Assembly: GCF_053078305.1 (NCBI RefSeq)
Contig: NZ_CP166879.1
Length of the DNA: 64,000 nucleotides
Reading direction: 5' to 3' (one strand)
Shown: positions 40,469 to 52,300 of the stretch, piece by piece
How the letters are laid out: every line of letters begins with the position of its first letter
How positions within the stretch are numbered: the stretch's first letter is position 1
Program-made: the position numbers and the translations under genes
Notes under the pieces: generated by a model
What the model was told of the DNA's origin: nothing
Database searches by the model: none
Seen by the model: the letters and a program-made list of their open reading frames with translations, nothing else

Positions 40469-40921
40469 ATGATCTGGATAATGCTCGCCACGCTGGCGGT
40501 AGTGTTTGTGGTTGGTTTTCGGGTGCTGACATCCGGGGCCAGAAAAGCGATTCGCCGTCTCAGCGATCGGCTGAATATCGATGTCGTACCCGTGGAGTCG
40601 ATGGTCGATCAAATGGGAAAGTCAGCTGGTGACGAATTTTTACGTTATTTGCATCGTCCGGATGAGTCGCACCTGCAAAACGCCGCGCAGGTGTTGCTCA
40701 TCTGGCAAATTGTCATTGTCGATGGTAGCGAACAGAACCTGCTGCAATGGCATCGGATTTTACAAAAAGCCCGCCTTGCCGCGCCGATTACCGATGCTCA
40801 GGTCAGGCTGGCGCTGGGTTTTCTGCGCGAAACTGAACCTGAAATGCAGGATATTAATGCTTTTCAGATGCGCTATAACGCATTCTTTCAGCCTGCCGAG
40901 GGCGTTCACTGGCTGCATTAA
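40469..40921 (+). CDS. yicN: DUF1198 protein YicN
   Basis: start placed at MIWIMLATLAVVFVV (N-terminal transmembrane helix) inside ORF 40442..40921. Confidence 0.72.
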   Translation: MIWIMLATLAVVFVVGFRVLTSGARKAIRRLSDRLNIDVVPVESMVDQMGKSAGDEFLRYLHRPDESHLQNAAQVLLIWQIVIVDGSEQNLLQWHRILQKARLAAPITDAQVRLALGFLRETEPEMQDINAFQMRYNAFFQPAEGVHWLH

Positions 40922-40968
40922 AACCGCTTCGTCTTATCAGCCAACAGACCGTGCCTGACCTGTCGAGT

Positions 40969-40994
40969 GGATAAGGCGTTCACGCCGCGTCCGG
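40969..40994. repeat. REP-like palindromic element
   Basis: ggataaggcgttcacgccgcgtccgg, same family as the copies after gyrB. Confidence 0.55.
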
Positions 40995-41035
40995 TATCGG
41001 AACTGACAGTAGGTGACGCATTATCTACGTTCTAT

Positions 41036-41359
41036 TTACAGCAGCACATCCAGCCCGTGTTTTTGCACAATGCTGAGCAGTTTTAATGAAATGCCATTGG
41101 GGCGTTTAGCGCCACTTTCCCATTTTTGTACAGTTGAAACGCTGGTATTGAGATAGTGAGCGAAGACGGGCTGACTCACTTTTAATTTTTCCCGCAGTGC
41201 TTTTATCTCAACAGGTTGTAAGTCTTGCACGCTGGTCAGGCAGGCTTTGTCAAAAGTACGCATTGTTTCGGCAGAAATAGCATCGACGCTGGACAATCCA
41301 GCCGCTGCGCTGTGAATAGCCTCAAATGCAGGACTTTTAAATTTAGTTTTTGCAGTCAT
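41036..41359 (-). CDS. HTH (XRE/NadS-like) antitoxin of a type II toxin-antitoxin pair
   Basis: 107 aa with HTH LREKLKVSQPVFAHYLNTSVSTVQKWESG; its start overlaps the upstream toxin gene by 17 nt. Confidence 0.72.
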   Translation of the reverse strand: MTAKTKFKSPAFEAIHSAAAGLSSVDAISAETMRTFDKACLTSVQDLQPVEIKALREKLKVSQPVFAHYLNTSVSTVQKWESGAKRPNGISLKLLSIVQKHGLDVLL

Positions 41360-41702
41360 AGCAGATCTCTGTCAGTTCTTTAGTGTTAATCATTGCTGTT
41401 AGCTGGGCTTTCGTCAGGAAGGCATAATGCTTTGCAAGTTCACGAAACCCAGCCAGTTCCTGACTATTGATGTTCGACATATCCTGTTTTGCATATAAAA
41501 ACGTGTAAAACCAATTGCTTCCCCCTTTTGCCAGAATAATTGCACGCTCACGATTTTGGTGAAGGCGCTTTTTAAAAACGCCACCACCAAGTGCATCAGC
41601 TTTACCTTGCTCCGTTTCTAAAATGGCCCGGCACAACTCTTCATCTGTTATTGCATGAGACCTGGCTTCCCTTGCAAACCATTTGGTTTTAAACACGCGC
41701 AT
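41343..41702 (-). CDS. RelE/ParE-superfamily toxin (HigB-like, toxin-first operon)
   Basis: 119-aa basic protein MRVFKTKWFAREA...; small size and overlap with the HTH partner fit a type II toxin-antitoxin module. Confidence 0.7.
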   Translation of the reverse strand: MRVFKTKWFAREARSHAITDEELCRAILETEQGKADALGGGVFKKRLHQNRERAIILAKGGSNWFYTFLYAKQDMSNINSQELAGFRELAKHYAFLTKAQLTAMINTKELTEICYDCKN

Positions 41703-41929
41703 ATCGTTGAGGTCCTGTTATTAAAGTATATCACCAAGTGCAATACTTTATCCCTTATTCCCAACCCAATCGCGAAAATGCATATCAGCTTGCCCTATGA
41801 TTTTTATTTCTTCGAGCAGCCTCGAACTTTTCCCACAACACCGTAAAAGTTGCAAAAACGTTAAATGTGTCACACATTTCAATGTTAAAGTGGTCGGCTT
41901 TTCCCCTGAAACATGCCACGGGTAACACC

Positions 41930-43114
41930 ATGAGTGAATTTATTGCCGAAAACCGCGGCGCGGATGCCATCACCCGACCGAACTGGTCAGCCGTTTTCTC
42001 GGTGGCGTTTTGCGTCGCCTGTCTGATTATCGTTGAGTTTTTGCCCGTCAGTTTGTTGACGCCAATGGCCCAGGATTTAGGCATTTCGGAAGGGGTTGCC
42101 GGGCAATCGGTGACCGTGACCGCCTTTGTGGCAATGTTTGCCAGTTTGTTTATTACCCAGACAATTCAGGCCACTGACCGCCGCTACGTTGTTATTTTGT
42201 TTGCCGTTTTGCTGACGCTCTCCTGTTTGCTGGTTTCCTTTGCTAACTCATTCAGTTTGCTTTTAATCGGTCGTGCCTGTCTGGGGCTGGCGCTGGGCGG
42301 GTTCTGGGCGATGTCGGCGTCGCTGACCATGCGTCTGGTGCCGCCGCGTACGGTGCCGAAGGCGCTGTCGGTGATCTTCGGCGCGGTTTCTATTGCGCTG
42401 GTGATTGCCGCGCCGTTGGGCAGTTTTTTAGGCGAGCTTATCGGTTGGCGCAATGTCTTTAATGCGGCGGCGGTGATGGGCGTGCTGTGTATTTTCTGGA
42501 TTATCAAATCATTGCCTTCACTGCCAGGCGAACCCTCGCATCAGAAACAAAATACTTTCCGCTTATTACAACGTCCGGGTGTGATGGCAGGGATGATCGC
42601 CATCTTCATGTCTTTCGCCGGGCAGTTTGCTTTCTTCACGTATATTCGCCCGGTGTACATGAACCTGGCGGGATTCGGTGTGGATGGCTTAACGCTGGTG
42701 CTGTTAAGTTTTGGTATCGCCAGCTTTATCGGTACGTCGCTTTCGTCGTTCATTCTTAAACGTTCGGTAAAACTGGCCTTAGCAGGCGCGCCGTTAATAC
42801 TGGCTGTGAGTGCGTTGGTGCTGACGTTGTGGGGAAGCGATAAAATCGTTGCTACCGGCGTGGCGATTATCTGGGGGCTAACTTTTGCATTGGTTCCTGT
42901 CGGCTGGTCAACGTGGATCACCCGCTCACTGGCCGATCAGGCAGAAAAAGCCGGGTCTATTCAGGTGGCGGTTATTCAGCTTGCTAATACCTGTGGTGCG
43001 GCAATCGGTGGTTATGCGCTGGATAATATTGGTCTGACTTCGCCGTTGATGTTGTCCGGCACATTGATGTTGCTGACGGCGTTATTGGTCACCGCAAAGG
43101 TGAAAATGAAGTAA
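41930..43114 (+). CDS. nepI: MFS purine ribonucleoside efflux pump NepI
   Basis: start placed at [23 protein letters not shown] inside ORF 41867..43114. Confidence 0.9.
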   Translation: MSEFIAENRGADAITRPNWSAVFSVAFCVACLIIVEFLPVSLLTPMAQDLGISEGVAGQSVTVTAFVAMFASLFITQTIQATDRRYVVILFAVLLTLSCLLVSFANSFSLLLIGRACLGLALGGFWAMSASLTMRLVPPRTVPKALSVIFGAVSIALVIAAPLGSFLGELIGWRNVFNAAAVMGVLCIFWIIKSLPSLPGEPSHQKQNTFRLLQRPGVMAGMIAIFMSFAGQFAFFTYIRPVYMNLAGFGVDGLTLVLLSFGIASFIGTSLSSFILKRSVKLALAGAPLILAVSALVLTLWGSDKIVATGVAIIWGLTFALVPVGWSTWITRSLADQAEKAGSIQVAVIQLANTCGAAIGGYALDNIGLTSPLMLSGTLMLLTALLVTAKVKMK

Positions 43115-43316
43115 CGTATTTACAGGAGGGGTTACTGCTCTGGCGGGAAAGCTCTCCTGTTCTACCTCCTGATAACCCTTGATCAGGTATTGTTCTTATC
43201 TTGTTGTTATTTCTATTCTTCCACCTGAATTCATCATTTGCTAATCATGAATCATCATTTTCCCTCATGTTAAAGAAAGGTCATTTAATCTGAACGCATA
43301 GCGACAGGGATGACAA

Positions 43317-46300
43317 ATGGCAGGGAAAGCGCATGGGAATGGCGATCGTCGGGGCGATAACACCATATGTGGATTGGGGGATCGTTTACGTCGTCTGACC
43401 GCCGGTATTTGCCTGATAACACAAACTATATTCCCTGTTATGGCCGCTGCCCCTACGCATATTAACCATGCGCATTCGGATACTGCCACGTCCCTGATCC
43501 TGCCGAACGTTAAAACTATTCCATATACCCTGGGGGCATTGGAATCGCCATCAACGGTCGCGGCACGCTTTGGTATCACCGTTGATGAATTACGTCGCCT
43601 GAATCAGTTTCGTACCTTTGCGCGGGGCTTTGACAATGTGCGTCAGGGCGATGAAATAGATGTGCCCCTCATTAACAGTAATAGCCCTGAAGCGCGCAAC
43701 CTGAAAGCAATGCAGATGGAGCGCGACGGCAAAGATCCGCAAATGCAGGTCGCGGAAGTGGCGCAGCAAAGCGGAACACTTTTAGCTCGCGATATGGACA
43801 GCGAACAGGCGGCGAGTATGGCGCGTGGCTGGGTGGCTTCTTCTGCATCTGCGCAGGCAACGGACTGGCTCAGTCGTTGGGGAACTGCCCGGGTATCTCT
43901 TGGTGTGGATGAAGATTTCAGCCTTAAAAGCTCTTCATTCGAATTTCTCCATCCCTGGTACGAAACGCCGGATAACCTGGTCTTCAGCCAGCACACACTT
44001 CACCGTACGGATGATCGCACTCAAACCAACCACGGTATCGGCTGGCGTTATTTCACCCCGAGCTGGATGTCTGGCGTCAATATGTTTATCGATCATGACC
44101 TGACCCGCTATCACACCCGAACCGGGATAGGCGTTGAATACTGGCGCGATTACCTGAAACTGAGCGGCAACGGTTATCTGCGCCTGAGTAACTGGCGTAG
44201 TGCACCGGAACTCGACCATGACTATGAAGCACGTCCAGCGAACGGTTGGGATCTTCGCGCCGAAGGCTGGTTACCGGCCTGGCCGCAGCTGGGCGGCAAG
44301 CTGGTCTATGAACAATATTATGGCGATGAAGTGGCGCTGTTTGGTAAAGACGAGCGACAAAATGATCCTCACGCGATTACCGCAGGTTTGAGTTACACCC
44401 CCGTTCCCTTAATCTCCTTTAGTGCCGAGCAACGGCAGGGCAAACAGGGAGAAAACGACACCCGAATTGGTATGGAGTTGACGTTGCAACCTGGTCATTC
44501 ACTGCAAAAACAGCTCGATCCAGCTGAAGTTGCAGCTCGGCGCAGCCTTGTGGGTAGTCGCTATGACCTGGTCGATCGTAATAACAATATCGTCCTCGAA
44601 TATCGCAAGAAAGAGCTGGTGCGGCTGACGCTGACCGATCCGTTGAAAGGCAAGCCGGGTGAGGTTAAATCGCTGGTTTCTTCCTTACAAACCAAATATG
44701 CGCTGAAAGGTTATGACATTGAAGCCGCCTCCCTGCAATCAGCGGGCGGAAAAGTAGCTGTTTCCGGCAAGGATATTCAGGTCACTATTCCTCCCTACCG
44801 ATTCACGGCAATGCCTGAAACCGACAACACTTACCCGATAGCGGTTACAGCGGAAGATTCGAAAGGAAATTTCTCCCGGCGTGAAGAAAGTATGGTGGTC
44901 GTGGAAAAACCCACATTAAGCCTCGCCGATTCAACGCTTTCTGTCGATCTGCAAATCCTGCTTGCTGATGGAAAATCAACCTCAATGCTGACCTATACCG
45001 CGCGAGATTCCAGCGGCAAGCCAATCCCAGGTATGACGTTAAAAACACAGGTGAAAGGTTTGCAGGATTTCGCCTTAAGCGAATGGAAAGACAACGGTAA
45101 CGGAACCTATACCCAAATAGTTACCGCCGGGAAGACGTCTGGCGCGTTATCGCTGATGCCGCAATTTAACGGCGACGATATCGCTAAGACGCCAGCGCTG
45201 ATTGCTATCGTGGCGAATACGGCATCCCGCGCTGACTCCACGATTGAGACAGACCAGGATAATTACGTCGCGGGTAAGCCGATAGTCGTTAAAGTGACCC
45301 TGAGAGATGATAACGGCAACGGGGTTACCGGACGAAAAGAACTTCTCAAACAAACCGTTAAAGTAGACAACACGAAGGCTGATGCCGTTAGTGCCTGGAC
45401 GGAAGAAAGTGAGGGAATTTACAAAGCAAGCTATACGGCCCATCTCATTGGCGACAAATTAACGGCCCAGCTGACGATGCCCGGCTGGCAAACCAAACAT
45501 TCGGATGCGTTCAGTATTGCGGGTGATAAAGATACCGCCAAAATCGCTGCGATGCAGATCACCGCGAATAACGCAGTTGCCAGACGCGATCACAATACCG
45601 TCGCTGTGACGGTCAGGGATGTGCATCAAAATTTACTGCAGGGACAAAATGTTACCTTCACGGTCGTGAATGGTGCGGCGGTTTTTGCCGATCCGAATGG
45701 CGGTATTGTGACGACAGATAAAGACGGGATAGCCAGCGTTAACCTTGCCAGTGACCAGGCGGTAAACAGTCTTATCAAGGCCGAGATCAATGGCAGTAGT
45801 CAGTCTGTGGAAGTGAGCTTTATCACTGGCGATATCTCGCAGCTGACCTCCACCATCAAGACGGACGATGTGTCATACACTGCGGGTGGCAAGATAAAAG
45901 TGTCCGTCACCCTTATGGATGAGCAGAAAAACCTGGTGAAAGGGATGGCTTCGCTGCTGGCGGGTAGCGGTGTGGTCGAGGTGAGCGGTACAGATAAAAA
46001 TGAAACGGGTAACTGGAGCGAAGAGTCTGACGGCGTTTACACCACCACCCGAACCGCGAAGATTGCTGGCGATCGCCATTACGCCACGCTGAAACTATCG
46101 ACATGGAGTAGCGCGCAGCAATCCGATGCGTATGCCATCCGCGAAAGCGGAGCTGTGCTGGCTTATTCCTCCATCGTTACCGACAAAACGACCTACACCG
46201 CGGGCGGCGTGATAAAAGTTACGGTAACACTCAAGGATAGCTATGAAAACCTGGTCGGGGGGCAACGAGACGCTATCAACCTGGCTATCCAGCTGCCAAA

Positions 46301-49300
46301 TACAAAAGCGGAAAGCATCGCCTGGAATGAAGATCAAAAAGGAATTTATACCGCAACGTATACCGCCTTACTCCCTGGCACCGGTTTAAAAGCACAGCTA
46401 CAGATGTCCGACTGGGCGAGCGCTCTGACTTCAAATGATTACAGTATTAGTGGCGATGCCGCCAGCGCACAAATTGTCGCGATGCAAGTGACAACGGGTA
46501 ACCCGGATGTGCTGGCGAATGGCAGCGATCGACATACGGTGAATGTCCGGGTGGAAGATCAGTTTGGCAATGTGCTGCCGGAGCAGACCGTCACCTTTAC
46601 GGTGACGAAGGGGGCGGCTGTATTTGCCAATGCAGGGCAGAGCGCAGATATCAGGACGGATGCGCATGGTATGGCAGAGGTTGATCTGAGCAGTACCGTA
46701 GCGGATGCCAGCACTGTTGAGGCTAAGGTCAATCAAAGCAGCGATAGTAAAACGGTGAACTTTGTTGCTGATGTCAGCACGGCGCAGATCGCTGATCTGG
46801 TGGTCATTAAGGATGGCTCAGTGGCAGACGGTTCGACGGCGAACACGCTGCGGGTGAGGGTGACGGATGCGTTCGGTAATGCGCTGGACGGGCAGACGGT
46901 CAGCGTGTTGGCGGACAACAGCGCAACGGTCGCTCCGACGGTTATCACCGAGCCGGACGGGACGGTGGAGATCTCTGTTACCAGCCAGACGGCGGGAGTC
47001 AGTGCGGTCACCGCCAGTATCAACAACAGCAGCCTGAGCCGGAACGTGACGTTTGTTGCCGATGTCAGGACGGCGAAGATCGCTGATCTGGTGGTGATGC
47101 AGGACGGCTCAGTGGCAGATGGCACGACGGCGAACACGCTGCGGGCGAGGGTGACCGATGCGTTCGGCAATGCGCTTGCCGGGCAGACGGTCAGCGTGAC
47201 TGCAGGCAACAGCGCAACGGTCGCTTCGACAGTGACCACAAAGCCGGACGGCACGGTGGAGATCAGTGTCACCAGCCAGACGGCGGGAGTCAGTACTGTC
47301 ACCGCCAGCATCAACAGCAGCAGTCAGAGCCGGGATGTGACGTTTGTCGCTGATGTCAGGACGGCGAAGATCGCGGACCTGGTGGTCACCCGGGATAACT
47401 CAGTGGCAGACGCTTCGACGGCGAATACGCTGCAGGTGAAGGTCACCGATGCTAACGGTAATACGCTTGCCGGGCAGACGGTCAGCGTGACTGCAGGCAA
47501 CAGCGCAACGGTCGCTTCGACGGTGACCACAAAGCCGGACGGGACGGTGGAGATCAGTGTCACCAGTCAGACGGCGGGGAGCAGTACTGTCACTGCCAGC
47601 ATCAACAGCAGCAGCCTGAGCCGGAACGTGACGTTTATTGCGGATGTCAGGACGGCGCAGATCGCGGATCTGGTGGTCATTAAGGATGGTTCAGAGGCGG
47701 ACGGTGCGACGGCGAACACGCTGCGGGCGAGGGTGACCGATGCGTTCGGGAATGCGCTTGCCGGGCAGACGGTCAGCGTGTTGGCGGACAACGGCGCAAC
47801 GGTCGCTTCGACGGTCACCACAGGGCCGGACGGCACGGTGGAGATTTCTGTCATCAGCCAGACAGCCGGAATCAGTGCGGTCACTGCCAGCATCAACAGC
47901 AGCAGTCAGAGCCGGGACGTGACATTTATCGCCGATGTCAGGACGGCGCAGATCGCGGAGCTGGTGGTTATTAAGGATGGTTCAGAGGCAGACGGTGCGA
48001 CGGCGAACACGCTGCAGGTGAAGGTCACCGATGCTAACGGCAATGCGCTTGCCGGGCAGACGGTCAGCGTGTTGGCGGACAACGGCGCAACGACTGCCCC
48101 GACGGTTATCACCGAGCCGGACGGTAAGGTGGAGATCTCTGTTACCAGTCAGACGGCGGGAGTCAGTGCAGTCACTGCCAGCATCAACAACAGCACCCTG
48201 AGCCAGAACGTGATGTTTATCGCCGATATCAGGACGGCGCAGATCGCGGAGCTGGTGGTTATTAAGGATGGTTCAGAGGCAGACGGTGCGACGGCGAATA
48301 CGCTGCAGGTGAAGGTCACCGATGCTAACGGCAATGCGCTTGCCGGGCAGACGGTCAGCGTGTTGGCGGATAACGGCGCAACGGTCGCTTCGACGATGAC
48401 CACAAAGCCGGATGGCACGGTGGAAATCAGTGTCACCAGCCAGACGGCGGGCACCAGTTCGGTCACCGCCAGCATCAACAACAGCAGTCAGAGCCGGGAT
48501 GTGACATTTATCGCGGATGTCAGGACGGCGCAGATCGCGGACCTGGAGGTCATTAAGGATGGTTCAGAGGCGGACGGTTCGACGGCGAACGCGCTGCGTG
48601 CGAGGGTGACCGATGCGTTCGGTAATACGCTTGCCGGGCAGACGGTCAGCGTGTTGGCGGACAACGGCGCAACGGTCACTCCGACGGTCATCACAGGGCC
48701 GGACGGCACGGTGGAGATCTCTGTCACCAGTCAGACAGCCGGAATCAGTGCGGTCACTGCCAGCATCAACAGCAGCAGTCAGAGCCGGGACGTGACATTT
48801 ATCGCCGATGTCAGGACGGCGCAGATCGCGGATCTGGTGGTCATTAAGGATGGTTCAGAGGCGGACGGTTCGACGGCGAACACGCTGCGGGCGAGGGTAA
48901 CCGATGCGTTCGGTAATGCGCTTGCCGGGCAGACGGTGAGCGTGTTGGCGGATAACGGCGCAACGGTCGCTCCGACGGTCATCACAGGGCCGGACGGTAC
49001 GGTGGAGATCAGTCTCACCAGCCAGACGGCGGGCACCAGTGTGGTCACTGTCAGCATCAACAACAGTAGCCTGAGCCAGAGCGTGACATTTATTGCCGAT
49101 GTCAGGACGGCGAAGATCGCGGATCTGGTGGTCATTAAGGACGGCTCAGTGGCAGATGGCGCGACGGCGAACACGCTGCGGGTGAGGGTCACCGATGCGT
49201 TCGGTAATACGCTTGCCGGGCAGACGGTCAGCGTGACGGCAGGCAACAGTGCAATGGTCGCTTCGACTGTCATCACAGGGCCGGACGGCACGGTGGAGAT

Positions 49301-52300
49301 CTCAGTCACCAGCCAGACCGCCGGAACCAGTACAGTCACCGCCAGCATCAACAACAGCAGCCAGAGCCGAAACGTGACGTTTACTGCCGATGTCAGGACG
49401 GCGCAGATCGCGGAGCTGGAAGTGACACAGGATAACGCAGTAGCAGACGGCGCAATGGCGAATATGCTGCGGGCGAGGGTGACCGATGCGTTCGGTAATA
49501 CGCTTGCCGGGCAGACGGTCAGCGTGACGGCAGGCAACGGCGCAACGGTCACTCCGACGGTGACCACGCAGCCGGACGGCACGGTGGAGATCTCTGTCAC
49601 CAGTCAGACAGCCGGAATCAGTGCGGTCACTGCCAGCATCAACAGCAGCAGTCAGAGCCAGAGCGTGACGTTTGTCGCCGATATCAGGACGGCGCAGATC
49701 GCGGATCTGGTGGTCATTAAGGATGGTTCAGAGGCGGACGGTTCGACGGCGAACACGCTGCGGGTGAGGGTGACGGATGCGTTCGGTAATGCGCTGGACG
49801 GGCAGACGGTCAGCGTGTTGGCAGGCAACGGCGCAACGGTGTCTCCGACGGTCATCACAGGCCCGGACGGCACGGTGGAGATCTCTGTCACCAGCCAGAC
49901 GGCGGGGATCAGTGCAGTCACTGCAACCATCAACAGCAGCAGCCAGAGCCGGAACGTGACGTTTATCGCCGATGTCAGGACGGCGCAGATCACGGTGCTG
50001 GAAGTGACGCAGGATAACGCAGTAGCAGACGGCGCAATGGCGAATACGTTGCGGGTGAGGGTGACCGATGCGTTCGGCAATGCGCTTGCCGGGCAGACGG
50101 TCAGCGTGTTGACGGACAACGGCGCAACGACTGCCCCGACGGTGATCACAGAGCCGGACGGCACGGTGGAAATCAGTGTCACCAGCCAGACGGCGGGGAT
50201 CAGTACTGTCACTGCTAGCATCAACAACAGCAGCCTGAGCCAGAGCGTGATGTTTATCGCCGATATCAGGACGGCGCAGATCGCGGATCTGGTGGTCATT
50301 AAGGACGGCTCAGAGGCGGACGGGGCGACGGCGAACACGCTGCGGGCGAGGGTGACCGATGCGTTCGGTAATACGCTTGCCGGACAGACGGTCAGCGTGT
50401 TGGCGGACAACGGTGCAACAGTTGCCCCGACGGTGATCACAGAGCCGGACGGCACGGTGGCGATCTCTGTCACCAGCCAGACTGCCGGAATCAGTGCGGT
50501 CACCGCCAGCATCAACAGCAGCAACGCGAGCAGGAACGTGATGTTTATCGCCGATATCAGGACGGCGCAGATCGCGGATCTGGGGGTTATTAAGGACGGC
50601 TCAGTGGCAGACGGTTCGACGGCGAACACGCTGCGGGCGAGGGTCACCGATGCGTTCGGGAATGCGCTTGCCGGGCAGACGGTCAGCGTGTTGGCGGACA
50701 ACAGCGCAACGGTTGCCCCGACGGTGATTACAGAGCCGGACGGTATGGTGGAGATCCCTGTCACCAGCCAGACGGCAGGAATCAGTGTGGTCACCGCCAG
50801 CATCAACAGCAGCAGTCAAAGCCGGGATGTGACGTTTATCGCCGATATCAGGACGGCGCAGATCGCGGACCTGGTGGTCATTAAGGACGGCTCAGTGGCT
50901 GACGGCGCAATGGCGAATATGCTGCGGGCAAGGGTGACCGATGCGTTCGGTAATGCGCTGAATGGACAGACGGTCAGCGTGACGGCAGGCAACGGCGCAA
51001 CGGTCACTCCGACGGTCACCACGCAGCCGGACGGCACGGTGGAGATCCCTGTCACCAGCCAGACGGCAGGCACCACTGCGGTCACTGCCAACATTAACAG
51101 CAGCAGCCAGAGCCGGAACGTCACGTTTATTGCGGATGTCAGGACGGCGAAGATCGCTGATCTGGTAGTCACCCGGGATAACTCAGTGGCAGACGGTGCA
51201 ATGGCGAATACGCTGCAAGTGAAGGTCACCGATGCATTCGGGAATGCGCTGAATGGGCAGACGGTCAGCGTATCGACAGACAACAGCGCAATGGTCACTC
51301 CGACGGTGACCACGCAGCCGGATGGCACGGTGGAGATCAGTGTCACCAGTCAGACGGCGGGGATCAGTACAGTCACTGCCAGCATCAACAGCAGCAGCCA
51401 GAGCCGGGATGTGACGTTTATCGCCGATGTCAGAACGGCGCAGATCGCGAGTCTGGAGGTGACGCAGGATAACGCCGTGGCTGACGGCGCAATGGCGGAT
51501 ATGCTGCGGGCGAGGGTCACCGATGCGTTCGGCAATGCGCTTGGCGGACAGACGGTCAGCGTGACGGCAGGCAACGGCGCAACGGTTGCCCCGACGGTGA
51601 TCACAGAGCCGGACGGCACGGCGGAGATCAGTGTCACCAGCCAGACGGCGGGAGTCAGTGCAGTCACCGCCAGCATCAACAGCAGCAGCCAGAGCCGGGA
51701 TGTGACGTTTATCGCCGATGTCAGGACGGCGAAGATCGCGGATCTGGTGGTCATTAAGGACGGCTCAGTGGCAGACGGCGCAATGGCGAACACGCTGCAG
51801 GTGAAGGTCACCGATGCTAACGGCAATGTGCTTGCCGGGCAGACGGTCAGCGTGTTCGCAGGCAACGGTGCCACGACTGCTCCGACGGTCACCACGCAGC
51901 CGGACGGCACGGTGGAGATCTCTGTCACCAGCCAGACGGCAGGCACCAGTGCGGTCACTGCCAGCATTAACAGCAGCAGCCAGAGCCGGGATGTGACGTT
52001 TATCGCCGATGTCAGAACGGCGAAGATCGCTGATCTGGTGGTCATTAAGGACGGCTCAGTGGCTGACGGCGCAATGGCGAACATGCTGCAGGTAAAGGTT
52101 ACCGATGCTAACGGCAATGTGCTTGCCGGGCAGACGGTCAGCATGATGGCAGGCAACGGTGCAACGGTTGCCCCGACGGTGATTACAGAGCCGGACGGTA
52201 CGGTGGAGATCCCTGTCACCAGCCAGACGGCGGGAGCCAGTGCGGTCACCGCCAGTATCAACAGCAGCAACGCGAGCCGGAACGTGACGTTTGTTGCCGA

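Noticed and set aside
43265-43579. 104-aa minus-strand ORF overlapping the adhesin 5' end
   Set aside because: It is antisense to the adhesin start and LysM-like region and has no independent support.
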